Assembly (NCBI RefSeq): GCF_018977255.1
Contig: NW_024704743.1
Coordinates: forward strand, 71,674,001 to 71,738,000
Reading direction: 5' to 3'
Length of the DNA stretch: 64,000 nucleotides
From: Callorhinchus milii
Taxonomy: Eukaryota
Shown here: positions 1-12,854 of the stretch, piece by piece
How the letters are laid out: each line of letters starts with the position of its first letter
How positions within the stretch are numbered: the first letter of the stretch is position 1
Notes under the pieces: model-generated
Databases searched by the model: none
Told to the model about the DNA's origin: nothing
The model's input: the letters and a program-made list of their open reading frames with translations, nothing else
Program-made: the position numbers and the translations under genes

Positions 1-64
1 GGAATCAAACCCAGGTCTCTCGCTTGTGAAGTGAGTGCTCTAACCACTAAGCTACAGGACTCCA
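1..64 (-). mobile_element. 5' tRNA-like head of SINE, truncated by window edge
   Basis: Reverse complement TGGAGTCCTGTAGCTTAGTGGTTAGAGCAC...GGGTTTGATTCC matches the heads of full SINE copies at 23095 and 62704. Confidence 0.9.
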
Positions 65-111
65 TTTTCTGGTGGAGACATTTCTGCGATGCCTCTTATT
101 CTCTGCTCTGA

Positions 112-446
112 CAAACCTGCTGATGTTCATTCCTACAGAAACAGTGCTCATGTAATAATCTTGATAGATTACAACTGTTAAGAATTTAAGTATTGTGATA
201 TTGCAAAATGCTACTCTGACTTTTACTCCGTCCTCCTACTATTTCGATGGCATTGGTCTTTGGGAGTAGTAGGATTTCAAGCACAGTCCTACTGTGATCC
301 TCAAATTGGGACTTCCCAGACATATGCTTTTCACCAAAAACACCAAACGTGCTTATGCTCGTTTCCACAGAAACAGTGTTCATGTAATAAGCTTGATAGA
401 TTACAACAGTTACAAGCATCAGAGTTGTGATATTGTAAAATGCTAC
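112..446. repeat. Diverged direct duplication of ~100 bp, period ~232 bp
   Basis: ACAGAAACAGTG(C/T)TCATGTAATAA..TTGATAGATTACAAC...TTGTGATATTG.AAAATGCTAC at ~135-214 and ~367-446. Confidence 0.9.
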
Positions 447-2243
447 AGTCAACAAAAGATTGTAACACTCAGGCAGATGTATTTCAGGGAATAAAGACTT
501 AATTAGACCATTTATGATGAGAAAATGCCTAAACGATATAAATGCTCCTACATGCTATGCATCTCCGAGGAGAGTTGACAAGAGGCATCTAATATAAAAA
601 GGCATGAGCTAAAGATAGCTCTCAAATGTGTGAGAACTGTGGACAATTTTTCTTCTGTTTCCTCTCAATTGCTAAGGTGATAGATTATGGGGAAATTAGC
701 GAGGGGGAAGGAAACCATCCTACAGGCTAACATGGCAGAGTTTGATTGATAACCTGCAATCCACCAAGAGGAAAGGATCACCAATATTAATGTCAAGGCA
801 TTTCCAAACTCAGTGCCTTTCACTTCAGGAAGAACCAGGCTTTGAGATGTGGGAACACTGTTGTACTAAAGAAAATCCAAATAAAGAAAATGTGATGTTT
901 CATACCCAACAGATAATTATCACATCAAACCTATAGACCCACAGAAATGTACGACACAATAGGAAATCATTTAGCCCATTTTTGCGTGTAAGTGTTTGCT
1001 CCTCCAAGAAGCTATCCTTCATAATTCTAATTTCCAGCTCTTTTCCCATACAATCTAATACCACAATTCTGCATCATTTTAAATTTTAGGACCATTTTAA
1101 GACTTTAATAATAATAATCCTTGCATTTGATACAGTCCTTATCACATCTTCAAGACGTCTCAAAACTTTAAAACATTTAAGATGTACAGGCTAAAACCAG
1201 ATTGAATTTCGTGCTTTGTGTCGTAAATAAATCTTGCCTTCCTCAAAAATGTATCTTGGGTTATAAGAATCTAGGAAGATTTGTTGTTGAACCTCTTTTT
1301 AAGTCTGGAAACCTTGCTCACCTGAATTGCCTTATGACACAGCACAGATGAGAAATGGTGAGTAAACACTAGCTTGGGAAATAATATTTGATTAAAGTGG
1401 TTTACAGCTGCCAAGAAATTCAAGCAATTCCATAAGAGCGGTCACTCACCTCATTCTGTTCTTTCCATAAAATATTTATTGAGGTCATGTGAATCTTTAA
1501 ACAGAGTTAACATTCTTCATCCATTCTTTCTATCTCAAAGTGTTTGCAATGAACGGGTTGCCTTGCCCTTTGACTTAAATGAGATTGTCCTGGTTCAAAA
1601 AAAGTGAATTTAATATGGGCTCCACATTAGTGTGAACTGAGAAAAAACAATCCAATTCATGATTCGTTGTGAGACAATGTTGTGAGTAAATTGGCTGCCT
1701 TGTTTGTTTACACAGTGACTATCCTTTACAGTAAATCCTGTGGAGCGCTTTTAGGTATTTTGTTGATGTGATAGGGTGCTATATCAAACAAAAGGAGTAT
1801 TGTATATTATTTATAATTTGGTGGCAAAAGACATTCAGAAAGGTAAGTTACTCAATCCGTAGGGTTCATATTTTTGATATATATATACTGTGTTTTGATA
1901 TATATTTGGTGTAACAAAACCATGTTAATGTGACATAAACTGTCAAGCATAGGCCCAATAGCTAAACTAACAACTGATTGTGATTACAAATTCGAATTAG
2001 AAGCTTAGAAATTTACATAGAAGAAGGCCATTCGGCCCATTGTGTCTGTGTTTGCTCTTTTAAGAGCAATCTTTTCAGGCCCATTGTGGTCTTGCTAAAA
2101 TCTCTGAGCCCGAAGGAATGGTAGTGTATTTAGGAATACAACAACATATGACCCCATTCTTTCAAAACATCTTGGGACACCTGGAGTTTCAGGTCTGAAA
2201 CCCTCAAGGGAACTACTCCCTTGAATTTAGCTGTGAAGTCCAT

Positions 2244-3819
2244 CAACAACAACAACAACAACAAGATTCCATTTATAAAGCGCCTTTCACGTCAGGAGGA
2301 CGTCCCAAGGCGCTGCACAGTTGGGTCATGACCCGAGCAGGGGGGAAATGGTCAGGGTGAGGGGAGGGAAGGGAGGGAACGAGGAGGGGGGAAATGGTCA
2401 GGGTGAGGGGAGGGAAGGGAGGGAGCGAGGAGGGGGAAATGGTCAGGGTGAGGGGAGGGAAGGGAGGGAACGAGGAGGGGGAAGAGAGTCGAGAGGGGAG
2501 CTGAAGGCTCGGTCAAAGAGAAAGGTTTTGAGACCGGCCTTGAAGGAGGAAAGGGAGGAAGCGGCGAAGGCACTGGGGGATGGAGTTCCAGAGCCTCGGG
2601 GCTGAGAGGCTGAAGGCCCGACCACCGATGGTAGGGCGATTGGGGCGGGGGACGTGGAGCAGACCGGAGCCAGAGGAACGGAGGGTACGGGCAGGTAGGT
2701 AGGGGGATAGTAGGTCGGAGAGGTAGGAGGGAGCAAGGCCGTGAATGGCCTTGTAGGTGAGGATGAGGATCTTGAAATCAATCCTCTGGGGGATGGGGAG
2801 CCAGTGGAGGCGAGCGAGGGTGGGAGTGATGTGGTCCCGAAGCCTGGTGCGGGACAGTACACGAGCTGCAGAGTTCTGAATGACCTGCAGCTTGTGGAGG
2901 GAGGTGGCGGGAAGGCCGGCGAGGAGAGAGTTCCCATAGTCCAGCCTTGAGGTGACAAAGGCGTGGACCAGGGTTTCAGCAGCGTGAGGGGTGAGGTAGT
3001 GCCGTAGTCTGGCGATGTTCCGGAGGTGATGGAAGGCGGTGCCAGTTGTGGTGCGGATGTGAGGGAGAAAGGACAGCTCAGGGTCGAAGAAAACGCCGAG
3101 GTTCCTGACTGGCTTTGAGAGGTGGAGAGTGCAGCCTTGGATGCTGATGGTGTCAGCGCCTGAGGTGCGGAGGCGCTGACGTGAGCCAATCAGGAGGGCC
3201 TCCGTTTTTCGCACGTTGAGCTGAAGAAAGTTGTCTCTCGTCCAGGACTCGATGTCGGACAGGCAGCTGTCAGGACATCGGTGGTCATGGAGTTGAGAGT
3301 AGAGGAGGAAAGGTAGAGTTGGGTGTCATCCGCATACATGTGGAAGTTAACTGCATGTCTGCGGATGATGTCACCAAGGGGGAGCATGTAGAGGGTGAAG
3401 AGGAGGGGACCGAGGACAGAACCCTGAGGGACACCACATGAGACAGTGCGGGGGGTGGAGGAGAAGCCATTCGTCGAGACAAAGTGAAGACGGTGAGAAA
3501 GGTACGACCTAAACCACTCAAGGACAGTGCCTTGAAGGTTGAGGTGGGAGGACAAGCGGTGGAGTAGGATAGCGTGGTCGACCGTATCGAATGCTGCCGA
3601 TAGGTCGAGGAGGACGAGGAGGCAGAGGGAGCCCTGGTCACAGATGGTCAGGATATCATTGGTGACCTTGACCAGGGCAGTTTCTGTGCTATGGGCAGCA
3701 CGGAAACCTGACTGAAGGGGTTCGAAAAGTGAATGGGTGGAAAGGAAAGAGCGCAGTTGGGAGGCGACAACTCTTTCCAGAACCTTGGAGAGAAAGGGGA
3801 GGTTGGAGATGGGCCGGTA
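2244..3819 (-). mobile_element. L2-clade LINE, young subfamily A, 5'-truncated; RT domain to 3' UTR with (TTG)n tail
   Basis: ORFs give [65 protein letters not shown]; frameshift near 3260; 3' stem-loop and (TTG)n tail. Confidence 0.97.
2340..2481. repeat. 3 x 45-46 bp G-rich tandem repeat in the L2 3' UTR
   Basis: GGGGGAAATGGTCAGGGTGAGGGGAGGGAAGGGAGGGAACGAGGA repeated three times; single unit in sister copies. Confidence 0.95.
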
Positions 3820-4724
3820 ACTTGATAACAAGCAGATCCATTCCATCCAGCAGTGATCAATAACCGTTCTGATGTGGGGTACTGACTGGAAAGCATCGGA
3901 CACTTACAAATGAAATAAGAGCCAAATTTACCCCAGGGGAACCCATTGCAGTAACGATGAAAGGTGATAAGTCAACCAGAGGAGTCGACACTCACTCTCC
4001 ACTAATTCCAAACATCTGTTTCTATGCCCTTATAGTGATATTGATTTCGTATAAATGAGTACCTGGTTTGACACTGTCTGAGTGAAGCTTTGATCTGCTC
4101 TGTGCTTTTCAATTCAATGCATGCATGAGATGTAGATGTCATCAGGTTGGGAGCCTTGTTCCATAAATTGTAACTCCAGCTGGAGTCAGCCTACAGGTCA
4201 ATCTGCAATTAATATAGATGTATGACATGCAATCCAACATAAGAACATTCCTGTGTTTCAACATAGCTGTTTATTACATTAAGCATTTTCAAAAAACAAC
4301 CTACACAAAACAGTCTTCTTTTTCTTATAGTTTCACAATACTGTAGTTAGTCCAGCTCTGAAGTCTAAATAATAGAATTACTTTTCTAGAATAAGTGCTT
4401 GATATTCAGAACGTTTCACATTCAGTTTTCCGCTTGGAAGGGTTTTAATATTTATGATACGCTTGCTTAGAAATAGGTATTTCAAGGTTTCCTGGGTACA
4501 GCCCTGCTCCCAAGGAGCTCATCTAGTGCTCAGAAGCACTATCCTCATGTTTGCTCTGCTTCCAAACTCATCATAATCTGTTAACATACACGGATGGAGC
4601 AGTCTATTAGCATATTGCCTTATGGAAGGTCAGTGATGCACAATAGTTTTTTAAGAGGGGAAACTTAATCCATCAGTTACTTCACTCAAATTACATCATC
4701 TCTAGGTGATTTTTCCACTTCAAG

Positions 4725-5245
4725 TACTAATGCCGTCCTTCGGATGAGATGTTGAACTGAGGTCCCAACTGCCTGTTCATGTGAATGTTATCCAATGTAG
4801 CTGAAACTCTTGCCCATGCCTTTGTCACTTCCTGGCTGGACTGTTCCAATGCCCTTCTTACTGGTCTCCCCTGCGACACATACGCATAATTCAGTTAATC
4901 TAAAAGTCCATCACCTGGATACTCGCCCACACAAAACTCGGTACCCCCATCACACCAGTCCTTACCAGGCTCCACTGGCTCCCAATAACCCAATGGATTG
5001 ATTTCAAGATCCTCTCACGCATTTTCAATTCCCTTCAATCCCTCGCACCTCCTTATCTGGTCTGCTTACCCCCCACACCACCACCTGCTGCCTCTGCTCG
5101 GCCAGCACCAGCCTCCTGTTTGTCCCTTGCCCCCTCCACTCCACCATCTGTGCCTTCAGCCACTACACCCTGAAACTCTGCAACTCTCTCCCTCAATCCT
5201 TCAGCCTTGCCCCCTCCCCACTTTCAAATCCATATGGAACCCTAT
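4725..5245 (+). mobile_element. Deu-SINE fragment joined to an old L2 ORF2 3' fragment
   Basis: GCCGTCCTTCGGATGAGATGTT (Deu core), then GCTGAAACTCTTGCCCATGCCTTTGTCAC (AETL.HAFVT) and decayed HWLP region. Confidence 0.75.
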
Positions 5246-6029
5246 GTATCCGGGTTCTTTGCAATTGAGCAATGTTAATGAAATAAAACAGATATTTTAT
5301 CACTTTTTTCAAAAAAAATTATTTAAAAAAATCTCATCATTGAATAGGGAGCCTGAAACTCTGTGGACAATAAGACTTGTCCTTAAGACTAAGTCTAAGA
5401 CTAAGCCCTTTTTAATATTCTTTTCATTTAAATTAATGTTTGCACTAAGTTTTCTTTTTAAAAGTTTGGACCTGAGTCCTTCAGAGATAACATTTTGTTT
5501 TGCCACATTGACCATTTCAACATTAAACATACACAATGACATGGTTACTGGAGAGGGGCAATGGTTTCTTATAAACTTGATCTGTGATTTGTTTAAATGC
5601 CTATCTAATGATTTTACACACTGGGGTTGACAACATTCTACATGTTCCATTGTAATTCCTTTGGTGCAGTGTTTAACTTAGAGATTCTTCAAAACATGGT
5701 TGTGATATTTTTCTGGAGCAAGTGTTTAAACCCTGATATTTTCTTTAATTTAGGGCCAAATCCATAGTTTAATATCTTGGCAATATTGGCAGCAAACACA
5801 AAGCAGGTGGCAAAACTGGAGCTAAAATGACGTAAACCAAATCTGGTTACAAATTCCTGAAGATTAGGCTCAAAGCCCATTTCAATCCAGCATGGAAATC
5901 CTAGCTCAGCAGGATAAGGAACTGTTTTACTGAAAGAGATTAAAATCTGTATTTATAGGCACACCTTCTAAAGTTATGAGCCATGATTTTTTTTTACGTC
6001 TGATATGTGCAAGTGATTAGACAACCTAA

Positions 6030-6370
6030 GGCTCTGCAATCTGTAAAAGAGATGTCTCAAAGGGGTCCTTATAGAGGTATATAACATTTTAAATGGGATT
6101 GAGAAATTAAACTCAGAATAAAAAATACTTGCAGATCCACAAAGACAGTAAAACATGAAGACACAAGGTTTTGGTTTACAAAGAGCAATTTCAGGAAAAA
6201 TACCAGGAAGTATTTATTTGCCAAGAGGGTAATTAGCAATTAAAGCAGGTTTCTAGATATGGTGGCTGAGGTCAGCTGGATGCTGTGATCAGAGGATGGT
6301 GGGGTGGGTATTCTGGAAGGATGAGGTCAAATGAGTCAAAGGGCCTTCTTGCTTAGCCTCTCCTGATCTT
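6030..6370 (+). mobile_element. Old CR1-like LINE 3' fragment
   Basis: Decayed R.L.G.LIEVY.IL.G and R.YFF..RV segments typical of the CR1 ORF2 C-terminus. Confidence 0.65.
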
Positions 6371-6938
6371 GTGAATACTGCAGCACTATGTGTTCTGACA
6401 AATGGATAAATGCTTTACTTCAGCTAAAGATTGTTGTTTATAATATTGAGGATCCTAATGTGTACAACAATTCTCTAATTCACATCCATACACCTAGATT
6501 CAATGCGATATTCACAGAGTCAACTATTCAAGTTATTGAAATCAGCACATTGGTAAGCAAATCACACATGCACAAAACATTCACAGGAAGGTTCTTTGAG
6601 GGATCTTGGGCTGTTTTCCAAGTTAAAAAGCTACATTTTGAATGATTACAGCAATTATGCGGCCAAAGACTGACAGGTTATTGTGAATGGATCTGCATGG
6701 ATTGCAATTTATACTGCAATGATGCATGCCACTTTACTTCCAAGGTGATTTAGTCAGATGCTTGAAACACAAACCCCTTTGCCATTTTGTGTCACAGTCT
6801 GGATTTTCAGCATCTTTTCAAGAGATGTAAATGTTTTTATTTGTCAAATACCTGCCTTGTAAATAAGTGCAGCATAATTTTCTTTGATGACTTAAAATAT
6901 TTTGTGTATTCTTCCTTCAGTTAGTGAATAATCTAACA

Positions 6939-7552
6939 CAAGCGCAATCTTTTGGCTGCTGAGGGCCAGGTGCTGGATTTGAGAAACATCTGCGGGCCAA
7001 ATAAGCAATATCTGTGTGTTTCCCTTCCAGAAAAATAAGAATCATATAGAAATTCTCTGTTTTAAATTGTGTCACTGTATTATTTAATTTTACTATATTT
7101 TAGATATAATGCAAATTTTAAATAGGCGACATAAAAATTCATGCAAATTTTAAAACAATAATACAACTTTATGTCTCTTTCTGTACCTGCGTGTTTCTCT
7201 ATGTGTCTCTATATCTCTCTGTGTATGTCTCTCTCTCTCTCTCTCTCCGTTTGTGTGTCTCTGTATCCCTCTCTCTCTGTTTCTGCATCTCTGTGTTTCT
7301 GTGTGTCTCTGTACCTCTCTCTCTCTGTCTGTGTGTGTGTGTTTGCATCTCTCTCTCTCTGTCTGTCTTTGTGTATCGGTTTGAAAAGGATTAACAGGTT
7401 TGGTTGCTAACCAGTGTCTCACGCCGCTGTTTTTTCTACTGGGTCAGACCAAGTCTGGGCTCTGGACACACAGTGTCAACTCTGCTTGTGGGCTGGCTGA
7501 AATTATCAGCCAGACCAGATGTGGTCCATGGGCTGCCAGGTTGACCAGTTTG
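6939..7552 (+). mobile_element. Non-autonomous hAT/Charlie-like DNA transposon with 8-bp TSD
   Basis: ATCTAACA at 6931-6938 and 7553-7560; element starts CA and ends TG; subterminal CAATCTTTTGGC...GAGGGCCA...GCGGGCCA like Charlie/MER30-type ends. Confidence 0.75.
7170..7372. repeat. Compound (TC)n/(TG)n microsatellite
   Basis: Directly visible low-complexity TCTCTG/TGTGTC runs inside the hAT-like element. Confidence 0.95.
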
Positions 7553-7652
7553 ATCTAACATAAAGTAAGCAAAATGCCTGTGAAAAATAACTGTGCTTCT
7601 TATATTTTCACAGATATATATATTCTTAATGTCCAGAGAACTGGAGATCTCG

Positions 7653-8351
7653 AACAACAACAATAACAACAAAATTACATTTATAAAGCGCCTTTCATGT
7701 CGGGAGGACGTCCCAAGGCGCTGGACAATCAGAGTTTTGGACCCAAGCTGGGGGTTGGGATCAGGGAGGGTCCAGGGCAGGGGTGGAAGCAGGGTGATCG
7801 GAAGCGCGGTCGAAGAGGAGGGTCTTGAGTTGGGTCTTGAAGGAGGCAAGGGAGGGGGTGAGGTGGAGGGACTGCGGGATGGAGTTCCAAAGGGTGGGGG
7901 TAGAGTGGCAGAAAGCCTGTCCACCAATGGTGAGCGAGAGAGGCGAGGGAAATGAAGCAGGAGGGCTTTGAAGGTGAATACCAGGATCTTGAACTGTATC
8001 CTTTGTGTGATGGAAAGCCAGTGGAGCCCTGCGAGGGTGGATGATAGGGTCACGGAGCCTGATGAGGGAGAGGACACGGGCTGCTGAGTTCTGGATGATG
8101 TGCAGCCTATGGAGGGAGGAATTGGGGAAGCCGACAAGCAAGGAGTTTGCATAGTTAAGCCTCGATGTAATGAATGCGTGTATGAGGGTTTCAGCGGCCT
8201 ACGGTGTGAGACAGGGGCAGAGCTGGGTGATGTTGCGGAGGTGGGTCATGGCACAGATCTGGGGTAGAAAGAATAGTTGGGTCAAACAAGATGCCAAGAT
8301 TCCGAACTGGCTTAGTAAGGTGTAGTGTGCAACCATGGGAGCCAATCAGGA
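7653..8351 (-). mobile_element. L2 LINE 3' fragment, subfamily B
   Basis: LHIIQNSAARVL...WNSIPQSLHLTPSLASFKTQLKTLLFD; tail ATAAATGTAATTTTGTTGTT. Confidence 0.93.
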
Positions 8352-10146
8352 ACATATATGTTGTGGCAATGGGATTCTTTGTTTCACGTTAGGAGACTGG
8401 AGACGCTGACAATTGATTGGAAACAGAAGTGATGCCACAAAATCTTTGTTGATAGTGAATACTTGAATGCAGAATCAAGCCTAAAAAGCAATCTCTTGTA
8501 GGGTGGAATCCTCTGCAGATGCAGGTTGGGAGGGATGATCTGCCATAGTCTGCAGGCAAAGTCCTTTCATCTCCTTCACAACAACAGTAAGCAGGAGGGG
8601 ATATGAGAACCATATGTCAGGAGCTAGATAAACTCGTGATCACTGTGCAACATCACTTCAACACAGAACACAGGGACATAAATACAGGGTAAAATGATCC
8701 GCAATATCACAGATTCCAGTTGTATCAGATGATTCTCTCATCCATGTGATGCATGTATCTATAAGACTTGAACAGTTAGTTATCAAGCAACTCACCTTAC
8801 TTTTACCAAATCAGCCATAGCCTTTCCTAAGGGTAATGTTGGTGCCTCAAGCAGCAGCATTGCACCAGATGGGCTGCTCTACTTTGCAGAGTATTATCAT
8901 TTAAGATTCCGGCACAACTCTTCACACAATGATATGTAATGCCTTGAGAAGGCATGGCACGTAGAGGTTTCAGTTAAAGAATTATATTCATACATTATAT
9001 CTACCTCAATTAGTTACCAATTTACATTTCTACTTCCATCTCATATCTTGAAATAATAATCTCACAATCCTGCAGATTGCATTACTTTTATACTTTATAC
9101 TATTCAGTTCGTACCAAGGACTGCCTGCCGCATGAAATGCTGTTTTTATTTTGGGTATTTGCCGTTTGTTACTAGTTTACTATTGACAATAATTGAAATG
9201 GTGGTCATACTCTTTGTGCATGCAATTGGCCTTTCAAACAGCTTTGTCACTAAATAATGGTAACATGGGACAGGATCAAAGGCATCACTGGCCAACTGTA
9301 TAGTTGAAGAAACCATCATTGGATGAAAGGATTTGCATGAAATCAGGCATATGGGGTGAGAGGAGGTATGTCCCACAGCAAGATACTACACAATATTATA
9401 CATATTCCATTCATCACCCTATTATGTGTAAAGATGCAATGACTTTCAGGGACAAAAGATCGAGATCTTATTAGCACTTTGTGTATCTGCAGCGAAGGCC
9501 TGTAATGCACTGTAGGAAATGAAGCCTTCAGCTTTTGCTCTGTCACAATAACCTTTCGCTCTCTTGACTCAAGCTGCAAATTGTTGTTTTGGAGCAATTT
9601 GATTCAAGCAGTTGAATGACTATCATATATGCAGATGCCTCATAATTACATTGTCAGATGTAATTGCCTCCATCGCCACAATTTCTCATGTGTGGGAGTA
9701 GAATATTAATCCAACGCAAGATGAAGCAAATGATTGGAGATGTTATCATTGTTCTCAACATACATTTATCAGCTTACTAGCAGTACATTTTACCTTATAC
9801 ACCATAACACATTATTGCAAAGGGAGGTTTCTGCATTTTCTGACACAAAATAAAGATATATTCTACCTTCCAGGTGCTTTAGCAACACGGTTTAGAATTA
9901 CAACTATCAGCTCTGTGAATAAATAATGGTAACTATCCAGTAAGGACAGGCTAACCCATTTGGTTTTTGGCTGAGGACATGTCTGCGGCAGGGTAGAACT
10001 GTCATGAGACACTACAACTTTCCTAGATTCAAATCCTTAAGGGAAGTGAATGAAAAGTCCTGGAACCAGGCGAGAAGTTTGTTAATTGGAAAACCCTGGG
10101 CTTCATTTAGCTCTCAATAAACAAGGGGGCTATTTAAGGGAACTTC

Positions 10147-10420
10147 AAACAAAAATTACAAATTACATTTATATAGTGCCTTTCACGTCAGGAAGACATC
10201 CCAAGGCGCTGGACAATCAGGGATTTGGACACAAGCAGGGGTTGGGATTGGGAGGAATGAGGGCAGGGATGACAAGGGTAAGAGGGTGACCAAAGGCGGA
10301 GTCAAAGAGGAGGGCCTTGTGACATGCCTTGAAGGAAGCAAGGGAGGAAGTGAGGTGAAGGGACTATGTGGGGGCAGAGATACTGAAAGCCCGACCACCG
10401 ATGGTGGGGTGGGCTGGGTG
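10147..10420 (-). mobile_element. L2 LINE 3' fragment
   Basis: L2 3' stem-loop and tail similar to the 7653 copy. Confidence 0.85.
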
Positions 10421-10754
10421 GGTAAGGAAAAGCTTGGAATACTAGCTGCTGGTAATTTTACTTTGTTGATTTTTGGGATTGCGTGTGTGAATAAAACTGT
10501 GTTTTAATTTCAACTGTTATTAAAACTGAAACCACTGCCACTGGGACTGAATTCATATAATGTCCTTATTTGCAAAGCTCTGAAACACAGACCAACATAA
10601 AATATATTCTGGATTATAGTAATTCTGGCATTCAAAAACAGTACATAGGATTTAATGTGAACCCACAAACTTTTTACAGGAAAATATTTTAGAGGAAAGA
10701 GTGCTACCAATTGAACAAGGCTGAATTTGAGCATGTACTTCCATAGAGGCAGTT

Positions 10755-11839
10755 CAACAAAAACAACAAAATTACATTTATAGAGCGCCTTTCACATCGG
10801 GAGGACAGCCCAAGGTGCTGGACAATCAGGGGTCAGAACCCGAGCATGAGGGAGGGGTGGGGTAAGGGTGAGGGAAGGCAGAGAGGTGGGAGGGCAACTG
10901 AAGGCACGATCGAAGAGGAGGGTCTTGAGAGCGGCTTTGAAGGAGACAAGGGAGGAAGCGAGGCGACTGGACCGTGGGATGGAGTTCTAGAGTGTGGGGG
11001 CAGAGAGGCTGAAAGCCCGGCCACCGATGGTAAGGTGGGTCGGGCAGGAGACACGAAGCAGGCTGGAGCCCACTGAATGGAGGGAGCGGGCAGGTTGGTA
11101 GGGAGCCAGCAGGTCAGAAAGGTAGGAGGGGGCAAAGCCATGGATGGCCTTGAAAATGAGGATGAGGATCTAGAATTCAATCCTCTGAGGGATGGGGAGT
11201 CAATGGAGTCAGGCGAGGGTGGGAGTGATGGGGTCACACAGCCTGGTGCGCGAGAGTACATGAGTTTTGGATGATCTGCAGCTTGTGAAGGGAAGAGTCG
11301 GGAAGGCCAATGAGGAGGGCGTTTCCATAATCGAGCCTTGATGTGACGAATGCGTGGGTGAGGGTTTTGGCAGCCTGAGGGGTGAGGCAGTGGCGAGTCT
11401 GGCAATGTTGCGGAGGTGGTGGTAGGCAGTGCCGGTCATGGCCCGGATGTAGGGGAGAAAGGACAGTTCAGGGCAAAACAAGACACCCAGGTTCCTGACT
11501 GGCTTAGTGAGGTTGAGTGTGCAGCCGTGGAGGCTGATGCTGCCAATGCGGAGGCGCTGGCGTGAGCCAATCAGGAGGGCCTCGGTCTTGTTGACGTTGA
11601 GTTGGAGAAAGTTGTCCCTCGTCCAGGACTTGATGTCGGACAGGCAGTTGGTCAGGACGCCAGTAGACCTGGAGTTGAGGGTGGAGGCAGAGAGATAGAG
11701 TTGGGTGTCATCCGCATACATGTGGAAATTTACCCCATGTCTGAAGATGATGTCACCAAGGGGGAGCATGTAGAGGGTGAAGGGGAGGGGCCAAGGACAG
11801 AGCCCCGAGGAACACCGCACGAGACGGTGCGGGGGCTGG
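10755..11839 (-). mobile_element. L2 LINE, 5'-truncated RT fragment
   Basis: [29 protein letters not shown]...[14 protein letters not shown]; in-frame RLASSLVSFKAALKT C-terminus; L2 tail. Confidence 0.95.
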
Positions 11840-12479
11840 TTCAAACCTAGGGAGACACTATAGGAACTCAAATCTGTATATTTATTATTTTTCCCCTACT
11901 CCCTGGAGAATATTTTCAGTCATAATACTTTTTGAAACGTTGAAGGGAGAGTGTAGATCCATAGGGATTTAAACCTGGTCTGTTTCCAGGTTTAATCATA
12001 TTCCATGACATTGTTACAGAACAGAAGGGAGTTTTACCTGATATCCTGGCCAACAATCCACTAGATAGGAAATCATTCTATTTTTGTGGGACCTTGTGTG
12101 CAAAATCGCTGGTGCATTTGCAACTAAAACGAGTCACTACATTTGACAGTATAGTAATTATAGTAAATGGCTCACAGATGTTTCAGTGTAATAAAAATGA
12201 AAGTTCCTTCAAGATTCAACAGATCCAGTGCATTGTAAAGTACTCGAGTGGGACAGGCCAACTGGTTGGTCTGACAGGGTCTGGAAGTTGGAGGAAGGAA
12301 GTTGAAGAAAGGAACCAAAGAGAATGAGAAAAGAATGAAAGAAAGGAGCAAGGAAAAGTAAAGAGACTGAGAAAAGAAACACAAAAAAAATTGTAGTATG
12401 AGAGCAAAATAAAAACAATATGAAATATGAAGATAAATGTAACCCTTCATTCACCGTGGATGAGTTATTTCATCTAGTC

Positions 12480-12830
12480 GCACTGAGGAGTTGATTCCTC
12501 CAGGGCTTACGCAGTTCCGGTTTTATTGCATGTGAATTACAGTTGCTGTCTGTTTTATTTTTACAGGCTATTAAATGATGGATTAATTTATCTCACCTAT
12601 TTCTCTTCACAGGTAACTTGACGTTTCTAAACCATCTGGCAGTCATGGGGCATCTTATTAAAATCTCAGCAACAGAGGTCAGCACGGCGCAAGAAAAAAA
12701 TGCTCAGTGAGAACCAGGTAGATTTGTCTGGCATGTGATGCTGCTCATCCCTTGTCACAGTGATGTTCACCTACTGCACCCTGTGCAAATAAAACTTGTC
12801 ACTATTAATCATCACTGACTATGTTGATGT
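12480..12830. promoter_or_regulatory. Candidate conserved non-coding element
   Basis: TE-free unique sequence; TGATGGATTA (Pbx-Hox type) at 12576-12585; splice-like signals; conservation not tested. Confidence 0.25.
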
Positions 12831-12854
12831 CTCAACCTTTGGCAATGAAAGAAA

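Noticed and set aside
1450..1494. Possible 45-nt minus-strand exon with a GTGAGT donor
   Set aside because: Weak acceptor, unrecognised peptide (IHMTSINILWKEQNE), no partner exons.
2321..3903. Long Pro/Ser- or Gly/Glu-rich ORFs (also 7436-8152, 10833-11405, 22053-22562, 30930-31817) as host genes
   Set aside because: They are alternative or antisense frames of GC-rich L2 ORF2 fragments.
4998..5650. 210-aa and 113-aa overlapping ORFs
   Set aside because: The first half is decayed L2 and the rest is AT-rich with no recognisable domain or splice structure.
7150..7422. ORFs with ERER/SLSL repeats
   Set aside because: Translation of a microsatellite.
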